DNA from: Rhynchopus sp. YZ270_cl-10
Taxonomy: Eukaryota
Direction: 5' to 3'
Length of the DNA stretch: 64,000 nucleotides
NCBI GenBank assembly: GCA_964035575.1
Contig: OZ037835.1
Span: forward strand, 1,178,001-1,242,000
The translations under genes and the position numbers were made by a program. The notes under the pieces are model-generated. The model was not told the DNA's origin. It saw only the letters and a list, made by a program, of their open reading frames with translations, and ran no database searches. Position 1 is the stretch's first letter, and the number at the start of each line of letters is the position of its first letter. Shown here piece by piece: positions 30,001 to 41,717 of this stretch.

Positions 30001-31390
30001 CACCGTTTTATTGAAGAGCCACCGCACTGACCCGGCTGCCATCATCTGCAACCGGTCCATGAACGTCGTGCTTGACCACATAGCATTTGACGCAACACTG
30101 AGAGAACGATGCCTGTCGATACACAAGAGGTACAACGCAGGAGGAGGCTGGGACTTCCGCCCCCACGGGCCGGTCGGCAACATGACCTCCACTAGCATAC
30201 TGACAGGCGTGAGATGGTGTGACGACCTAACAACCGTTACGGAGCTCTCGAGTGCCCCCGTGGAAGAAGAGAAGACACACGCCCTAGGTCTTCTCGCGCC
30301 AGGTGAACGACACCACGCCATTCGCGAAATCGTCCGACGACAGAAGTTCACAGATCTTGCCTTGGACAGACCGACTTACGACGGCGCTCAATACGGTGTC
30401 AACCTCGCCGACACCACGTACCTGCACGACCAACTGCAGTGGTCCCACCCCCTGCTAGCTTACCGCCTCCGACGTATCATCTGCGATGGGATACTCTACG
30501 CGCACCCTACGGTGCTGTGCCTATACGAGTCAACAAAGAGAGGTGGCATACACCTCGAAGTGAATCAGTGCCCCTTATGCCTCACACCAACCTCCGGGCT
30601 GGCGAAGCACCTGCTGTGGACTTGCCCGCACACTGTGTCTGCTAACGTGAAGGAAGCGCACCGCCCTCTCCTCGACAGGATCGGCCCGAACACCCCGAGT
30701 TGCCTGGCTATGCATGGCATAGCTCCCACGAACACGCCCAAGCACGTAGTAACCGACATGCAGAGATACCTGCTGGACGTCACCACCGCAGTAGATGATC
30801 ACCTGTCCTCGCGGACGACCACAGCGCCTGCACGCCACCCATGGCGTATGGACTTTGAAGTGTTCGATGCGCCCCCATACCAGGAGGCCATCTACCGGCA
30901 GCTCGCCCCTTTCTTTGGGAAGGACGATGATCCGAGATGCAAGCAGAAGCGCCGCGAACTGAAGCAAATGCTCCTATGGGCCTCCTCCCTGAAATGGAGC
31001 ACCGCCAACCTGCCTGTGACATGCGTGGAACTTGCCATAGACCTGGAAATTTTCCACAGGATCTACGTTCTCCGGCCAACCTCTAACATTAGAGAACGGG
31101 CCGCCGCCTTGCGCACATTGCTCAACAAGCTTCACCGCCTGTGCAAAGCCCTTGGGATTCAAAACCCATTTCCCGCATCTGCCATCTCCTCCTCACGGGG
31201 CCTCCGGTCCATTGGCGCACCCGGACTTATTGGCTACGACCGTCGCCCAGTTTTTACGTACCCGCGCTACACTATGCACATGCTCGAACACGTCATCGTA
31301 CGTGCCAAAATTACGAACTCCGGCTGGGGAAATGACATCATCCCTGACAACAAACTTGTAGAAGCCAGCGCAGCTGAAGCTGTGCGATAA
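27002..31390 (+). CDS. LINE-B pol: 2A-like motif, APE, RT, CCHC; in frame with ORF1
   Basis: TCNV, CLQE, GDLN, RIDH, PQH, ACGVDG, HRPITV, QHGFR, LDFAKCFD, GILQG, YADD, ILG, CPLC...HLLWTC. No ATG before the APE motifs. Confidence 0.92.
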   Translation, partial: LEPQHVKHVSTTNQQRLVTSGSVHPHPGPKKAKPSGKTGTHNNRTAGPPAAKKQRTAAASTGPPLSAVPPASEGCITVTTCNVTSYANHAACTLALNSTVLCLQEVKLTEEGARRMETDLPPVWKPLWGRPQPGYMLAGIRHPTIAERGGVATLVRRPSSAFHDNTLTDINLFHDRIQLTRLALGAGGVFLYIFNVYAHSGSKGGRKKDREKLLHCVLNTMPNALGKDVPVVVCGDLNTSVSASYILREAVKSGWTDAAVVQAQRLGCVPPPTFMRRDSEGTRIDHVLLNEVAAAALSRCTTHHVGVPQHSAVTVELSLAAFTQLVYRFVVPKDLSMVKPDLSVQRSAQCAALLAAKGFHEAEARLDVHDMWNAVSQASEEYLLLCARDDGIPTNRGHRGRGEVRQPVQKTIAAPTTKYSTGAAPPRQVELARLANMSLELQIQLKRLANGGFTVLEHKTYCLWASTLRKCKELRVRDLSVDELPLGIAEQLTLAADLHTSSATLASDLGRDNRVYREKQLKLKAVHNFDVDRKKLTAFCRGTLPDDLLAVARRDGTLTANAQEMDAILQEEWKSVFQLYRECPEPEYDDFDAVFGKHVAKHNMDLLPLTGEDLDRVLQSKKKSGACGVDGWRMGELKRLPVVLLNAFATTFNEIEESGTWPEALLTAIVTLTPKGEGKDPLDHRPITVTSSVYRLWASARVRSIQKWQETWVHKDQHGFRPRHGAHNVLFDICTQLEDALSGGEPLYGLALDFAKCFDRVPQKLTLELAARLGLHPRILQPLRTMYEQLQRRFQLPLGVGTPFRVTNGILQGCPISVVLINALVAVLLKDLDSCKNTCSRAYADDITLLSRKSMNSLEPCLRIVERFCAITGMKLNDTKTVAFGSRESFTSTLVSNTGHRYKTLVKVKILGVYLYCSKHSRRSSPERVRKAIAALQRLRCMPLAFYHKYRIVSECILPGALYEVPYALPSQSSLKELSTAVNTCLWGSDYGTRAGLAIRTVLLKSHRTDPAAIICNRSMNVVLDHIAFDATLRERCLSIHKRYNAGGGWDFRPHGPVGNMTSTSILTGVRWCDDLTTVTELSSAPVEEEKTHALGLLAPGERHHAIREIVRRQKFTDLALDRPTYDGAQYGVNLADTTYLHDQLQWSHPLLAYRLRRIICDGILYAHPTVLCLYESTKRGGIHLEVNQCPLCLTPTSGLAKHLLWTCPHTVSANVKEAHRPLLDRIGPNTPSCLAMHGIAPTNTPKHVVTDMQRYLLDVTTAVDDHLSSRTTTAPARHPWRMDFEVFDAPPYQEAIYRQLAPFFGKDDDPRCKQKRRELKQMLLWASSLKWSTANLPVTCVELAIDLEIFHRIYVLRPTSNIRERAAALRTLLNKLHRLCKALGIQNPFPASAISSSRGLRSIGAPGLIGYDRRPVFTYPRYTMHMLEHVIVRAKITNSGWGNDIIPDNKLVEASAAEAVR

Positions 31391-32132
31391 CGAATATGAT
31401 AAGGTGACTGAGCACGAGAGGCTTAGGATCATCTTATAAACTTTTCTTCTTTTCACTCCTCTGCCTTTTTGGCTTTACGCCTTTTTATTGCTGTTTTCTC
31501 ACTCAATGACTCTAGTTCTGTTTTGCCTTTTTCCATGCTACAGGAGGACTGGCCACTCCAACATGCATGAAGTTGTTTACTCTTTTGTCCCGAAGGTCAA
31601 CACGAGAGCTTCTGCAGGCACTGCTGAAGGAAGTTTACGTGGGTGTCTCTAAATGAGTTAACTTCGAGAATGTTTGTGCAAAGGTACAAATACAAATAAT
31701 TCTCCAAAACAAAACAAAATACTGTAGCAGTGTGGCTACACTAATGCAACCAAGTTCTCAAAATAGAAGAAGAGGATTCTGACACCTCCTGCAAAGCGTA
31801 CTCCTTCTATTTGCTCTCTTTTAAGGTTCCTGTGAATAAATAAATCGTGCCTGCTATCTAGTGATACCTGCTATGTCTAGTGATCGTGATATTTTTTTTT
31901 TCTCCCTGAAAAGTCCGAGCGGGCGGGGACAAGAAACAAAAGAAAAAGTGAGAGTACCCTGAAATAAAATTATGTTCCGCTGTGCTGCAAAAGAATCCCA
32001 ACAAAAACCCATGTCTTATTCATTACAACGTACCTCCCCACCCAACCCCCTTTTTTTTCTGTAATTCATCACTCTGAACTCGTTGACACGACGTGGTCTT
32101 TCACTGTCTTCTTGGTAGCTTTCACGAAGAGG

Positions 32133-32171
32133 CTTGGGGTGCTTGGGGTGCTTGGGGTGCTTGGGGTGCTT
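32133..32171. repeat. 9-bp tandem repeat (CTTGGGGTG)x4
   Basis: Read directly. Confidence 0.8.
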
Positions 32172-33423
32172 GTGTGGAAGCCTTTGACAGTGAACGGCTG
32201 TCCTTGGGTGTGGGAGGTGGAGGTGCACAGTGTTGTGAGTGTGGGGGTTTAAGTGTGGCGCTTCTCTGTATCGTTTGTGGTGATGTTGGGATGGGAAGCC
32301 GTGTCTGGCGGTGGGGTGCTTCCGTGCATTTGTCTGGCACCTCAGCTTGTCTGTGGTTGCAGCACGATTTGGGGTGGGTGGGGACAGCGTGGAGGCTGTG
32401 AGGATTTGTTGTGCAGAACGGGGCAGGAAACGATGCGTGAGAGGGGCAGGGGAAGGTGGGTTTGCTTTCGTGAGGAGGGAACGTCTGTGGGGGTATGCTT
32501 CAGTTTCTCTCGCCTTTAAACAGAAATGGAACCTTGTGGATGACTGACGTGAGAGCGGTTTTTGGTTTGTGTGCTCAGATATTGTTTTGAACATACCTGT
32601 GCACTTGATGCCGTGCGATAACGGTGACTGAATGTGCTTGCCTAACTGGAGTGCCCGAAGTTGTGAAGATGTTAGTTGAAGCAGGTGCGGAGTGCGTACC
32701 CCTCTTTCATCGGAAAGAAGCAGTGTACCTAGCTACGCTCAAGATCCATCTTTTCTCTGCAGAAGCCCTGCATTTAGAGCGTTTCAAAGGTGCTTTTGAA
32801 GCGGCCCAGACCCACATCATATGTCTTGCGTTATGAGTGGGAAGGGGCAAGATGGAGAAGGAGAGGCACCACAGAGTCAATGGATGCAAGGTTGGGTGAA
32901 GCAGACTCAGTCGGAAGAGGTTTTTTTTTGCTCTTTCGCGCAATCGCCACACACCAAGCAGAGGGCATGACTGTAGGAAAGGCACGCTGAGGCGGTCTTC
33001 ACTGCTGAATGTGAAGTTGTTTATTAGTTGCGATCAACAAAACAGCAAACGACGAATAAAGACACAAGGCGTTGGGTTAGTCCTTATACAGCTTCCTTCA
33101 CACTCCCCACCCTCCCTGAAGCCCTTTCCTTTCCCCCTCTCCCCCAGTAGACCCAAAACCCTGTTTGTAGAATACGGCAACCCCTTCCACGTGTACGTTT
33201 GCCATTGCGTTGTGCACATTCCTTCTGCAAAGAAGCCGTCCACTGAATACCGTATCAACAACGCATAGCATATCACTCTGCACCTGCGGAATCGCCTGCA
33301 AACCAAAGTGTCGCATTCCGTTCCCTCAGAGGGTGTGCTGCATGTGTGTTCTTCGTCCTCTCTCGTCACAACCTCTGCACAAAAAGAAACACAAGAGACA
33401 CAGCAACAACACACAAACACACA

Positions 33424-34837
33424 ATGCCGAAGAAGCGACACGCAGACAGCACGCAGGACGAGAACCCACGAAAGAGAAGACAGCTTTCTGCAGACGAGGT
33501 CTTGATGGAGGCTGCCAGGAACGGCGACACGACTGCCGTGCGGGCGGTCCTTGAGAAGTTGAACCCAGACAGAAAGAAAGTGACCCTCGATGCTGCGTAC
33601 GAGGCATGCAGAGGGAACCACGATGAATGCCTCACACTGCTTCTTCCGTATGTTGAGACAACGCAGATGGGCTTTGGGATGCTGCTGAGTGAGTGTGTCC
33701 ACGCAGACCACGTTGCGTGCACGGAGGTCCTCTTGCAGCATTGGAAGTGCGTCTGCAACAACGTGGCGTTTGTCCCTCACGAGTCCAAGCACAGCGCAGG
33801 TGAGGAGGATGACTGTCCGGCCATGTGGGAAGACCCTGCAGTGTGTCGCGTCTTGATTGATGCAGGGGCAGACGTAAATACAAAAAACGAGAGGCAAGAG
33901 TCGGCTCTGCACTATGCTTGCGCTTCAGGAGCACTTGACGTTGTGAAGATGTTGGTTGAAGCAGGTGCGGCAGTGCGTGCCACACACGAAGATGGAGATA
34001 CCTGTCTTTTTCGTGCGGCGCAAAAAGGACACACCGAGACTGTTCGCTATTTTGTGGGCTTGCCAGAAGTAGAAGTGAACCACCAAAACAATGAAAGCTA
34101 CACTGTGTTGCACTATGCGGCGCATACAGACGTGGTGGAGGTGCTGATTGATGCAGGTGCAGACATCGAAACGAAGAACTTCGAGGGTCGTTCGCCTCTG
34201 CAATGGGCTTGTCTGACTGGAATGCTCGAAGTTGCGAAGGTGTTGGTCAGAGCAGGTGCGGGAGTGCGTGCAACAGATGACGAAGGAGACACGTGTCTTA
34301 TAGTTGCAGCAGTTTTGGGACACACCGAGACTGTGCGCTATTTTGTGGGCTTGCCAGAGGTTGATGTGAATCACCAAACAGCAACAGCAGATGCTGCTAA
34401 CCACACTGCGTTGCACTTAGCAGTGTTTCACGGGCACACAGACGTTGTGCAGGTGCTGATTGATGCAGGTGCAGACATCAACACAAATAACAATGCGGGA
34501 TGTTCGCCTCTGCACACTGCTTGCGAATCAGGACTACTTGACGTTGTGAAGATGTTGGTCAAAGCAGGTGCGGGAGTGCGTGCCACAGACGATGAAGGGT
34601 GCACATGTCTTATCCTTGCGGCACGTTGTGGACACATCGACACTGAGGTATCTTGTGGGCTTGCCAGAGGTGGAACTGAATCACCGAGACACTGAAAAGA
34701 ACTACACTGTGTTGCAGTATGCGGTGGAGGAAAAGCACACAGACGTGGTGCAGATGCTGCTTGCTGCATTGTACTTGGAACTTGAAGCAGAAAAGTCTCG
34801 TACCTTGCGACTTCGATCCTGCGGCTGTGTGTGTTAG
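33424..34837 (+). pseudogene. Ankyrin-repeat protein with N-terminal NLS-like motif; frameshift near 34645
   Basis: Repeats such as SPLHTACESGLLDVVKMLV. ACTGAGGTAT versus paralog ACTGTGCGCTAT (2-bp loss). Repeats continue in the 34568-34837 frame. A sequencing error is possible. Confidence 0.75.
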
Positions 34838-35563
34838 CTGCGTCGGAGGTGGTGGAGTGTTTCAGCTGCAAGGTGGCACAGGACGAGAGGCTGTCATCTT
34901 GCAATGTTTTCTTCCACACTCCATCTGGAAATGAATCGCTGCTTCGGTGTCATGCGTCTTACCGTCTCCCCTTCCCCCCCTCTTGTGCGCCACCTCTCCC
35001 CCTTGTACTTCAGGACGCAGCTTTTCGTGGTATAGCAAGTGTTCTAGTGGTTTGTACCATAAGGGATGGACACTCATCCGAGGGTTAAACATGTGAAAAA
35101 AAATAATAATGAAAAATCGTGTTTCGGGACCAAATAAAACACACCTCAAAACAGTTGTGCACCAGGGGGTGGGAAAACAGTGTTTTGTGGCATTTTTAGG
35201 GGTTGTGGAGTTTATGGTGTTACGCATCTGGAGGATCAACTTTCTTTTTTCTTACAAGCGTAGCTTAAAGGAGAAATAGTTCCTCAGATACGGTCGCCAA
35301 TCACCCCCCTCCAACAAGGTAATTGTGCAATCAACGAAAAAACCTTTTTTCCTTTTCCTTTCCTCTCAGAGTTACTATTTTTTTTGGAAGCGAACAACAA
35401 ACAACCTTAATTTGTTCCTCTTCCCGTTTTTAGCCTTTTGAGCAACAAGCAAAGAGTAACGAGTCTCTCGAGCATTTTTAACAAAAGACCTCTCCCTAAC
35501 TGTTTGGTGTCTCTTACGTTACCACCTGTTGAAAACACCTGCACAAAACAGAAACACAAAATC

Positions 35564-36874
35564 ATGGAAATATGCGTGAAAAGCTTTGACGGGGAGAAGT
35601 ACACAGTCGAGGTGGGTGTGGATGACACATTTGCGGACATACGACAGAAGGTGGCGTCTGCAGCAGAGTTGTGCGAAGGCGGCTTCGACATTAGCTTTGG
35701 AGGGAAGGTGATGGTCGAAGGAGATGGCACGACGCAGCTGAGTGCTGGGGACACAGTTGTGCTGACGAAGACGAAGTCGCAGAAGAACGACGCCACTGCA
35801 GCGCTTCGTGACTTGGGAGAGACCAGGCTGACGGCAGAGAGGTTCAAAGGTCTGACAGATCCCAAGCTGATTCATTTGTTTCTGCAGGCGGAGGTTGTTA
35901 CTGAGATTCCCGGTGTATTCTTGCGAGGCGGCATATTCGAAGAACTTGATCTCAGTGGTGTGCCAGGTGTGACTGCAGTAGGTGGCTCCTTTCTCACACA
36001 CTGCGACGCATTGCACACAGCTGATTTATCTGGGTGGTGTAATATCACGCATGTTGAGTACCGCTTTCTCTCCGACTGCAGTGCATTGCGAACCATTGAC
36101 TTATCTGGATGGATCAATGTGACGCACATTAAGCACTCCTTTCTCTCCGCCTGCACCGCATTGCGAACACTTGACTTATCTGGGTGGAGCAATGTGACGC
36201 GGGTTGATGACTACTTTCTCTCCAACTGCACCTCATTGACCACGCTGAATATTTCGGGGTGGAGCAATGTTGTGACGCAAATAGGGCCCCACTTTCTCTC
36301 CGACTGCACCGCATTGCGAACCCTTGACTTGTCTGGGTGGAGCAATGTGACGCGGATGGGAAAGTCCTTTATCTCCTATTGCACCGCATTGCGAACCCTT
36401 GACTTATCTGGGTGGAGCGATGTGACGCGGGTTGATGACTACTTTCTCTTCAACTGCACCTCATTGACCACGCTGGATATTTCAGGGTGGAACAATGTGA
36501 CGCAAATAGGGCACTACTTTCTCTCCACCTGCACCGCATTGCGAACCCTTGACTTGTCTGGGTGGATCAATGTGACGCGGGTTGATGAGTGCTTTCTCGC
36601 CAACTGCACCTCATTGACCACACTGGATATTTCTGGGTGGAGCAATGTGACGCAGATGGGAGAGGACTTTCTCTCCTATTGCACCGCATTGAAAACACTT
36701 GACTTATCTGGGTTGACGAATGCAAAGGACGTTGGGACAGGATTCCTAAAAGGATGCAAAATACCTACAAGCAGCATCAACGTCACCGGATCTAGCACCG
36801 TGGTGTCAGAATATGCGCATGGACATGGCGGTGGCCTCGTGGACGATACCAAGTGCAAATGTGTGTGCATGTGA
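35564..36874 (+). CDS. Ubiquitin-like + 11 LRRs, C-terminal CaaX (CKCVCM)
   Basis: MEICVKSFDGEKYTVEVGVDDTFADIRQKV ubiquitin-like N-terminus. LxxLDLSGWxNVTxIxxxFLxxCxx repeats. Confidence 0.85.
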   Translation: MEICVKSFDGEKYTVEVGVDDTFADIRQKVASAAELCEGGFDISFGGKVMVEGDGTTQLSAGDTVVLTKTKSQKNDATAALRDLGETRLTAERFKGLTDPKLIHLFLQAEVVTEIPGVFLRGGIFEELDLSGVPGVTAVGGSFLTHCDALHTADLSGWCNITHVEYRFLSDCSALRTIDLSGWINVTHIKHSFLSACTALRTLDLSGWSNVTRVDDYFLSNCTSLTTLNISGWSNVVTQIGPHFLSDCTALRTLDLSGWSNVTRMGKSFISYCTALRTLDLSGWSDVTRVDDYFLFNCTSLTTLDISGWNNVTQIGHYFLSTCTALRTLDLSGWINVTRVDECFLANCTSLTTLDISGWSNVTQMGEDFLSYCTALKTLDLSGLTNAKDVGTGFLKGCKIPTSSINVTGSSTVVSEYAHGHGGGLVDDTKCKCVCM

Positions 36875-37716
36875 GGCTCCTGGGATATGACACTTTGTGA
36901 CATATCTTAGAACATCTTTTAGTATCCGCGAAGACGATTCTCGTCCTTACTTTCCCCCCCACATATAACAATACAACAGGTTAGACCTTTTTTGGTCTGG
37001 GGGTTTTCTTCCTTCCCTCAGTTCAATCTGTTACACTATTTCGAGAGGAACTATAATCCTTTTCAAAAAAGGGAGGGGGAAAGAAATTGTTTAACCGTCA
37101 GAAGAAGACCCTACTCAAATTGAAACCTTTGTATTTTAGTGTGATCTGAGGTGAGGAAGTGTTTCAACTTTTCAATCATCCCCATTTTTTCTATGCGCAA
37201 TTTTTCAGAATCAACAGAGTGTGTACGTTACGCCATTGAGCGACTCATAGGTGCATGAGTGATAGACGTTGTCGCTGTGGTATCCCGCCTCGCAGAGGAA
37301 GGGGTTTTTTTGACACAGCAATTTTGTGAGTCAGTATCGATCTGCAAATCAAATTGAAAACGGCGTGTTTGCGCGTCATATGGCAGAGGATAGAAAATCT
37401 GAAAAGTCATGAAAATACAAAAACTGACGTGAAGCCAACGAAAACGATGGTGACTAACGTTCAAAAGGAGAACATAGTGAAGCACACTCCTCGGGTGTCC
37501 ACACTAGTACCAACGAAGCTTTCAAAAAAGCAAAAAAAAAGCAAAAAAAAGATCACATTCTCTCTTTTGCGTGCACTCCAATACGGCCTCCAATACCCCC
37601 CACCGCAATCACATACTTCAGTGCAAATAACACACCCAACGTAACCAAGCAACCCACTACTTGCTCATTCTTTGTGTTCTGAAGTGGGTGTTTTCTGTCT
37701 CCCCCTATTAGAGAAG

Positions 37717-38025
37717 ATGTGTGAAAAAGCGATGGCCTTGTGTGTCGTGTTGTGCACTGTGCCTGGTGCTGCCGAGGTGGGTGGCGGTGTGGGTGGTGCT
37801 GTCGATGCTACTACCGGTGCCGCAACAGTGACGCACAGCACACCTTCTGCTCCTTCATCGGGAAACGGCCTTGCGAACGCACTGTGCATTGCAACGACAG
37901 TACTGCGTGCTCTTGCATTCGTTGGCTTGGTCTTGGTGGTGACGCACGTATACCGCACCAAGGTAGCTGCGCGTGCACAGCAGCAAGAACAACAAGAAAC
38001 AATCCAGAAGACTGTGGAGCCGTGA
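37717..38025 (+). CDS. Small hypothetical membrane protein
   Basis: Hydrophobic N-terminus, S/T/G/A linker and a TM-like segment. Pyrimidine tract and AG before the ATG. Confidence 0.4.
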   Translation: MCEKAMALCVVLCTVPGAAEVGGGVGGAVDATTGAATVTHSTPSAPSSGNGLANALCIATTVLRALAFVGLVLVVTHVYRTKVAARAQQQEQQETIQKTVEP

Positions 38026-38968
38026 CCATACTATGATAAGTTAAGACGGCTAAGCCAGGCGGTGGTTCAGGCGGTTCCGCGGGGGGGGGGGGGGGGGGGG
38101 AAAGTGTCACCTTGTCGTTCCCTCACACCCACCTTCTTGTTGTTTGATGCGTTGATCGCTTCCACACACACACACTATCTCTCACCTATTGGGGTGGTGG
38201 TGTTGCGGAGCGCAGTAGGGTGAACGACGTTGACACTTTCCGCTCGCAAAGTGGTGTGCGTTAAAAAGGAAACTATTTTTTCAGGTTTCCTTTTTACATC
38301 TTCTGTCGTTGGCCGCAGGGTACTTTCACTTTCATCCGGGGCTGGCATCGTACGTGGGTCAGTCGGAGGTGCCTGCATTAATAACTTCACTTTTCTCCCC
38401 CTCTCCTGTGTTACCAAAGAAAAATTGCTCTTGTCACACAAGCCAAGAGGAAAAAGCTCTATAGCAATAGGTTCACAGCGTTGCATCTGGGTGTGGATGT
38501 TCTTGAGTGTGGGGATGGGTTTTGGATGAGAGCTGTGGGTTGTGGGGTTGTGGGGGGGTGGGGAAAGGGGGGGGTGTTCGTCTTTCAAGTTTTCGCATGC
38601 TATTGTGGCGCGTGTGTGTGGCGCTGTTTATGTTCTGGTTAGTTTTGTGTTTCTTATTTTCATTCAGGTTTGGAGTGCTTCCCCCGCTGATAAGCTACCT
38701 CCCTCTTTTTTTTTTTTTTCAATTTTATTTTTTTGCATGTGTTGTGTTTCCTCAGTCGCGCCCTCATGACCACATCCCGCCGACGTTATTCGGTGCGACA
38801 AAAGAAAAAGAGTAATGTTTCCCCATAGTTTACCCTCAAGAGAACCCCCGCATACCACACCAACACCACACAACCACCACCACCACCCTGACAGCGTTTT
38901 TATAACGGAACAAACAAAACCCTTTTCCCCCTCTTCGTTCTTCCTTCTTCCTTCACCCCTCTTTCAAA

Positions 38969-39628
38969 ATGAGCCCCGCCTTCAAGTCGCTCTCATGCGA
39001 TGAGACCACGAAGCATGCTCTTGCACGTGACCACCCTCTGATCACGATGCACTGGCAGAACGTCTTTGGGTGGACCTCCGTTACACCCTTCAAGGCACGC
39101 GAGGGCAAGGACGGGGATGTGCTGTTTAGGTTTGAGACACAGCTGAGCCAGGCGAGCCTGTTTGCGCACTTTGCACTGTTCTGTACGTACCCGTCGTTTG
39201 TGATGGACGTGACCGACGTACATGGGGGCAAGCAGGAGAAGGTGGCGAGCATTGAGCACACCGCGTCGTGCTGTGGTGTGGGGCGGCTTCGTGCGTACAC
39301 TGTGCGTGGCAACGTCTCTGAGTACGTCGGTGAAGTCGTCCCTGGGTGCTGCTTCTCTGCTGTGGGCCAGATCTCGAACGCGTCTGCGGAGACTGTCGGC
39401 AAGGTGGTGTACGCACAGCACAGCATGGGAGGCCTCTGTGGCAAGGAGGAGCTCACACTCCTGGGTCCACTCAGCAGGAGATGCGCGCTCACCCTTGCAG
39501 ACCAGGCTGCGTCCCAGCCTGCTGTCTACGAGATGCATGCAGAGGAGGCTTTAAGCGAGGCGGAGAAGCTGCTGCTGATGTCTGCAGTCCTCTTCACAGG
39601 CCTGGTGAAGGAGGAGTTGGCTGTGTGA
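38969..39628 (+). CDS. Scramblase/Tubby-C-like protein
   Basis: 219 aa with coding-like composition, CC motifs, beta-strand pattern and C-terminal hydrophobic helix EKLLLMSAVLF. Confidence 0.55.
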   Translation: MSPAFKSLSCDETTKHALARDHPLITMHWQNVFGWTSVTPFKAREGKDGDVLFRFETQLSQASLFAHFALFCTYPSFVMDVTDVHGGKQEKVASIEHTASCCGVGRLRAYTVRGNVSEYVGEVVPGCCFSAVGQISNASAETVGKVVYAQHSMGGLCGKEELTLLGPLSRRCALTLADQAASQPAVYEMHAEEALSEAEKLLLMSAVLFTGLVKEELAV

Positions 39629-40243
39629 AATGGTGAGGTGGTCCACCTAGTGGTGGCTGTGTTGTGGTGTGTATTATGATGGACCACTTATCACAATACA
39701 GCCAGGTCGTGGTTGCGATGTGTTGGGTATAGCTTATAGACGTTTTGGTGTCATTTTTTTTAATACTTTGTGGTGTTTACGGAAATCGATCAACGATATG
39801 TCAGTGACCTGTCAGTACCGACCCCCCGCCGGAGCACCACCTTTGTAGTACATACAGAGATGCTACATAGCTCCTATGAAAAAAGCGTACTCCCTTCACT
39901 CTTGGAAAGCTCCTGTGAAGAAAGAAAAAAAAAATTCAGTGGAGATTGCACAACTGTGGCAACACAACCGAGGCAACTACACTACTCCAACAATTTATCA
40001 AAAAGAACCCCATTGTGGCTGCTATCCCATGGTAGTCTCAAAATCAAGCAATACTACTTACTTCGCGTTCCGTGTCAAGGTTGTTTTTATTATTGTTGTG
40101 TTTTGTTTGAAAGTATTGCTTTGTTCGGACCTGGCAGAGACCAGGCGCAGGGCACCGTAACCCATTCAAGCCATTCACAAACCGTGCTTGCAGGTTAAGA
40201 TTCTCGAGAAAATAAATTGCAAAAGCGACCTACTTGTCCTTAA

Positions 40244-40680
40244 GGTTAATATTTTACAGCTAAAACCCTCCCCTCCCTCCACGTCTACAGGCCGAAACTG
40301 CTTTTCTTTTTATCTTTCATTTTATGTTTCTTTTTTTCAAGCGTTTTTGGTGATATAGTGCCTGAAAAAATACCAGAAAATGAATTTTCTGCTTCATTTT
40401 TTTTTCAAATAAACTCCCACGTCTACTATTTGCACTGTTTTACCGTCAATAAGTAGGTGAAACGTAAATAGTAGCCGGCAGTTGTTTCTTTGTAAATAGT
40501 AGCCGTGGAGTTGATTACAGGCAACTATTCGCATTTAGGATTTGGTCCTCTTGGGAACATCACAATCCCGCAAGCCTCAAATCCTAATTAATTGCTTTGT
40601 AAATAGTACATGAAATGTAGTGATTGCGATGTAGCCAGTAGACACAGGGAGGGGGGGTTTAACTGCAAAACAAAGTTGCT
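40244..40680. mobile_element. Possible MITE with imperfect ~35-bp inverted ends flanked by TTAA (Kolobok-like)
   Basis: TTTTACAGCTAAAACCCTCCCCTCCC..GTCTAC versus GTAGAC..GGGAGGGGGGGTTTAACTGCAAAA. TTAA at 40240 and 40681. Confidence 0.35.
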
Positions 40681-40796
40681 TTAATCCGCAACAACAAAAT
40701 TAGACGTGTATCGTCAGGGTCCTAGCTATAGGGAACGGAAAAGGGTAACACCCGCCCCCCGATTTAACACTTTTTGCGTTATATCTGGAGGTAGAA

Positions 40797-41673
40797 CAGT
40801 GGTCGCGCTAATTATGGGGAAAAATGGGGAAAAAATGGATTTCGGGTACGGAAAAACGTTCCTTGAAAAGGTTAGCTGGGGAGGCCCGGAAACCCCGTTT
40901 TGTGGCATTTCCGGGCCAATCCCGGCTTGTGGTGGGGTATATACGGAAAAATGGACAAAATTTTAGTGACTTAAATTTTCGCAAAATATGAACCCATACT
41001 CGTAAACAAGGGTCATTTTCAGGAAAATTCGGAAAATTCCGAGATTTGGAAGCAATTTTTCTCCTGAAAATCAGTGGGTTTTCAGCCCCAAAACATACCG
41101 CGATTGGAATTTCCGGAATCCGTCCGCGCTGTGGTGGGGTCACTTTGCCGAAATGGCCATTTTTTTGGTTTTGGTCAAAATCCATGTGGGTAAAGAGGGC
41201 CAATGTAAATCCCACAACCAGATTTTCTCTCCCTGATCCTGACGTCTTGCAACATGAAAATGCGCGAAAACACCGGCATTTGCATTTCCGGAATTCGTCC
41301 GTTCTGTGGTGGGGTCAATTTGCCGAAATGGACAAGTTCTTGGTTTTGGTCAAAACCCGTCAGTGTAAGGTAAAGGGGGCAAGTGTTTGCCTGTAGAAAC
41401 TGGAAGGGAACAGGCAGCGCCGCAGGCGCACGGTAACCAACTTTTTTTTTTTTTTTTTCCTTTTCTTTTTTCTCCTCTTTCTTTTGACTTTCCGAGCCAA
41501 TTGCGTTCCACGGCGGGGTCACATGTATATGCAAGTCCACTATGTGGTGGTCTTACTCAACAATATTAGAACTTCTGGTTTCTTAATGAAATCCCCGTAC
41601 TGCAAAAAAAAAACGTTCCTACCAAAACCCCCAAAAATCCCGGGATGAGGGATGGACTTTAGCGCGAGCTCTG
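40797..41673 (+). mobile_element. 877-bp non-autonomous hAT element, 8-bp TSD AGGTAGAA
   Basis: Ends CAGTGGTCGCGCTAA and TTAGCGCGAGCTCTG. TSD at 40789-40796 and 41674-41681. Confidence 0.92.
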
Positions 41674-41717
41674 AGGTAGAAAAACAATTTTTTTTTTTTT
41701 TTTTTATGTTTTTATTT

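Larger units (their letters stand above)
24884..31446 (+). mobile_element. Full-length non-LTR retrotransposon LINE-B (ORF1 + APE-RT-CCHC), no polyA
   Basis: TSD TTCTTT at 24878-24883 and 31447-31452. Empty site TGAAGCTTTCTTTTCACTCC at 62271-62290. Confidence 0.9.
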
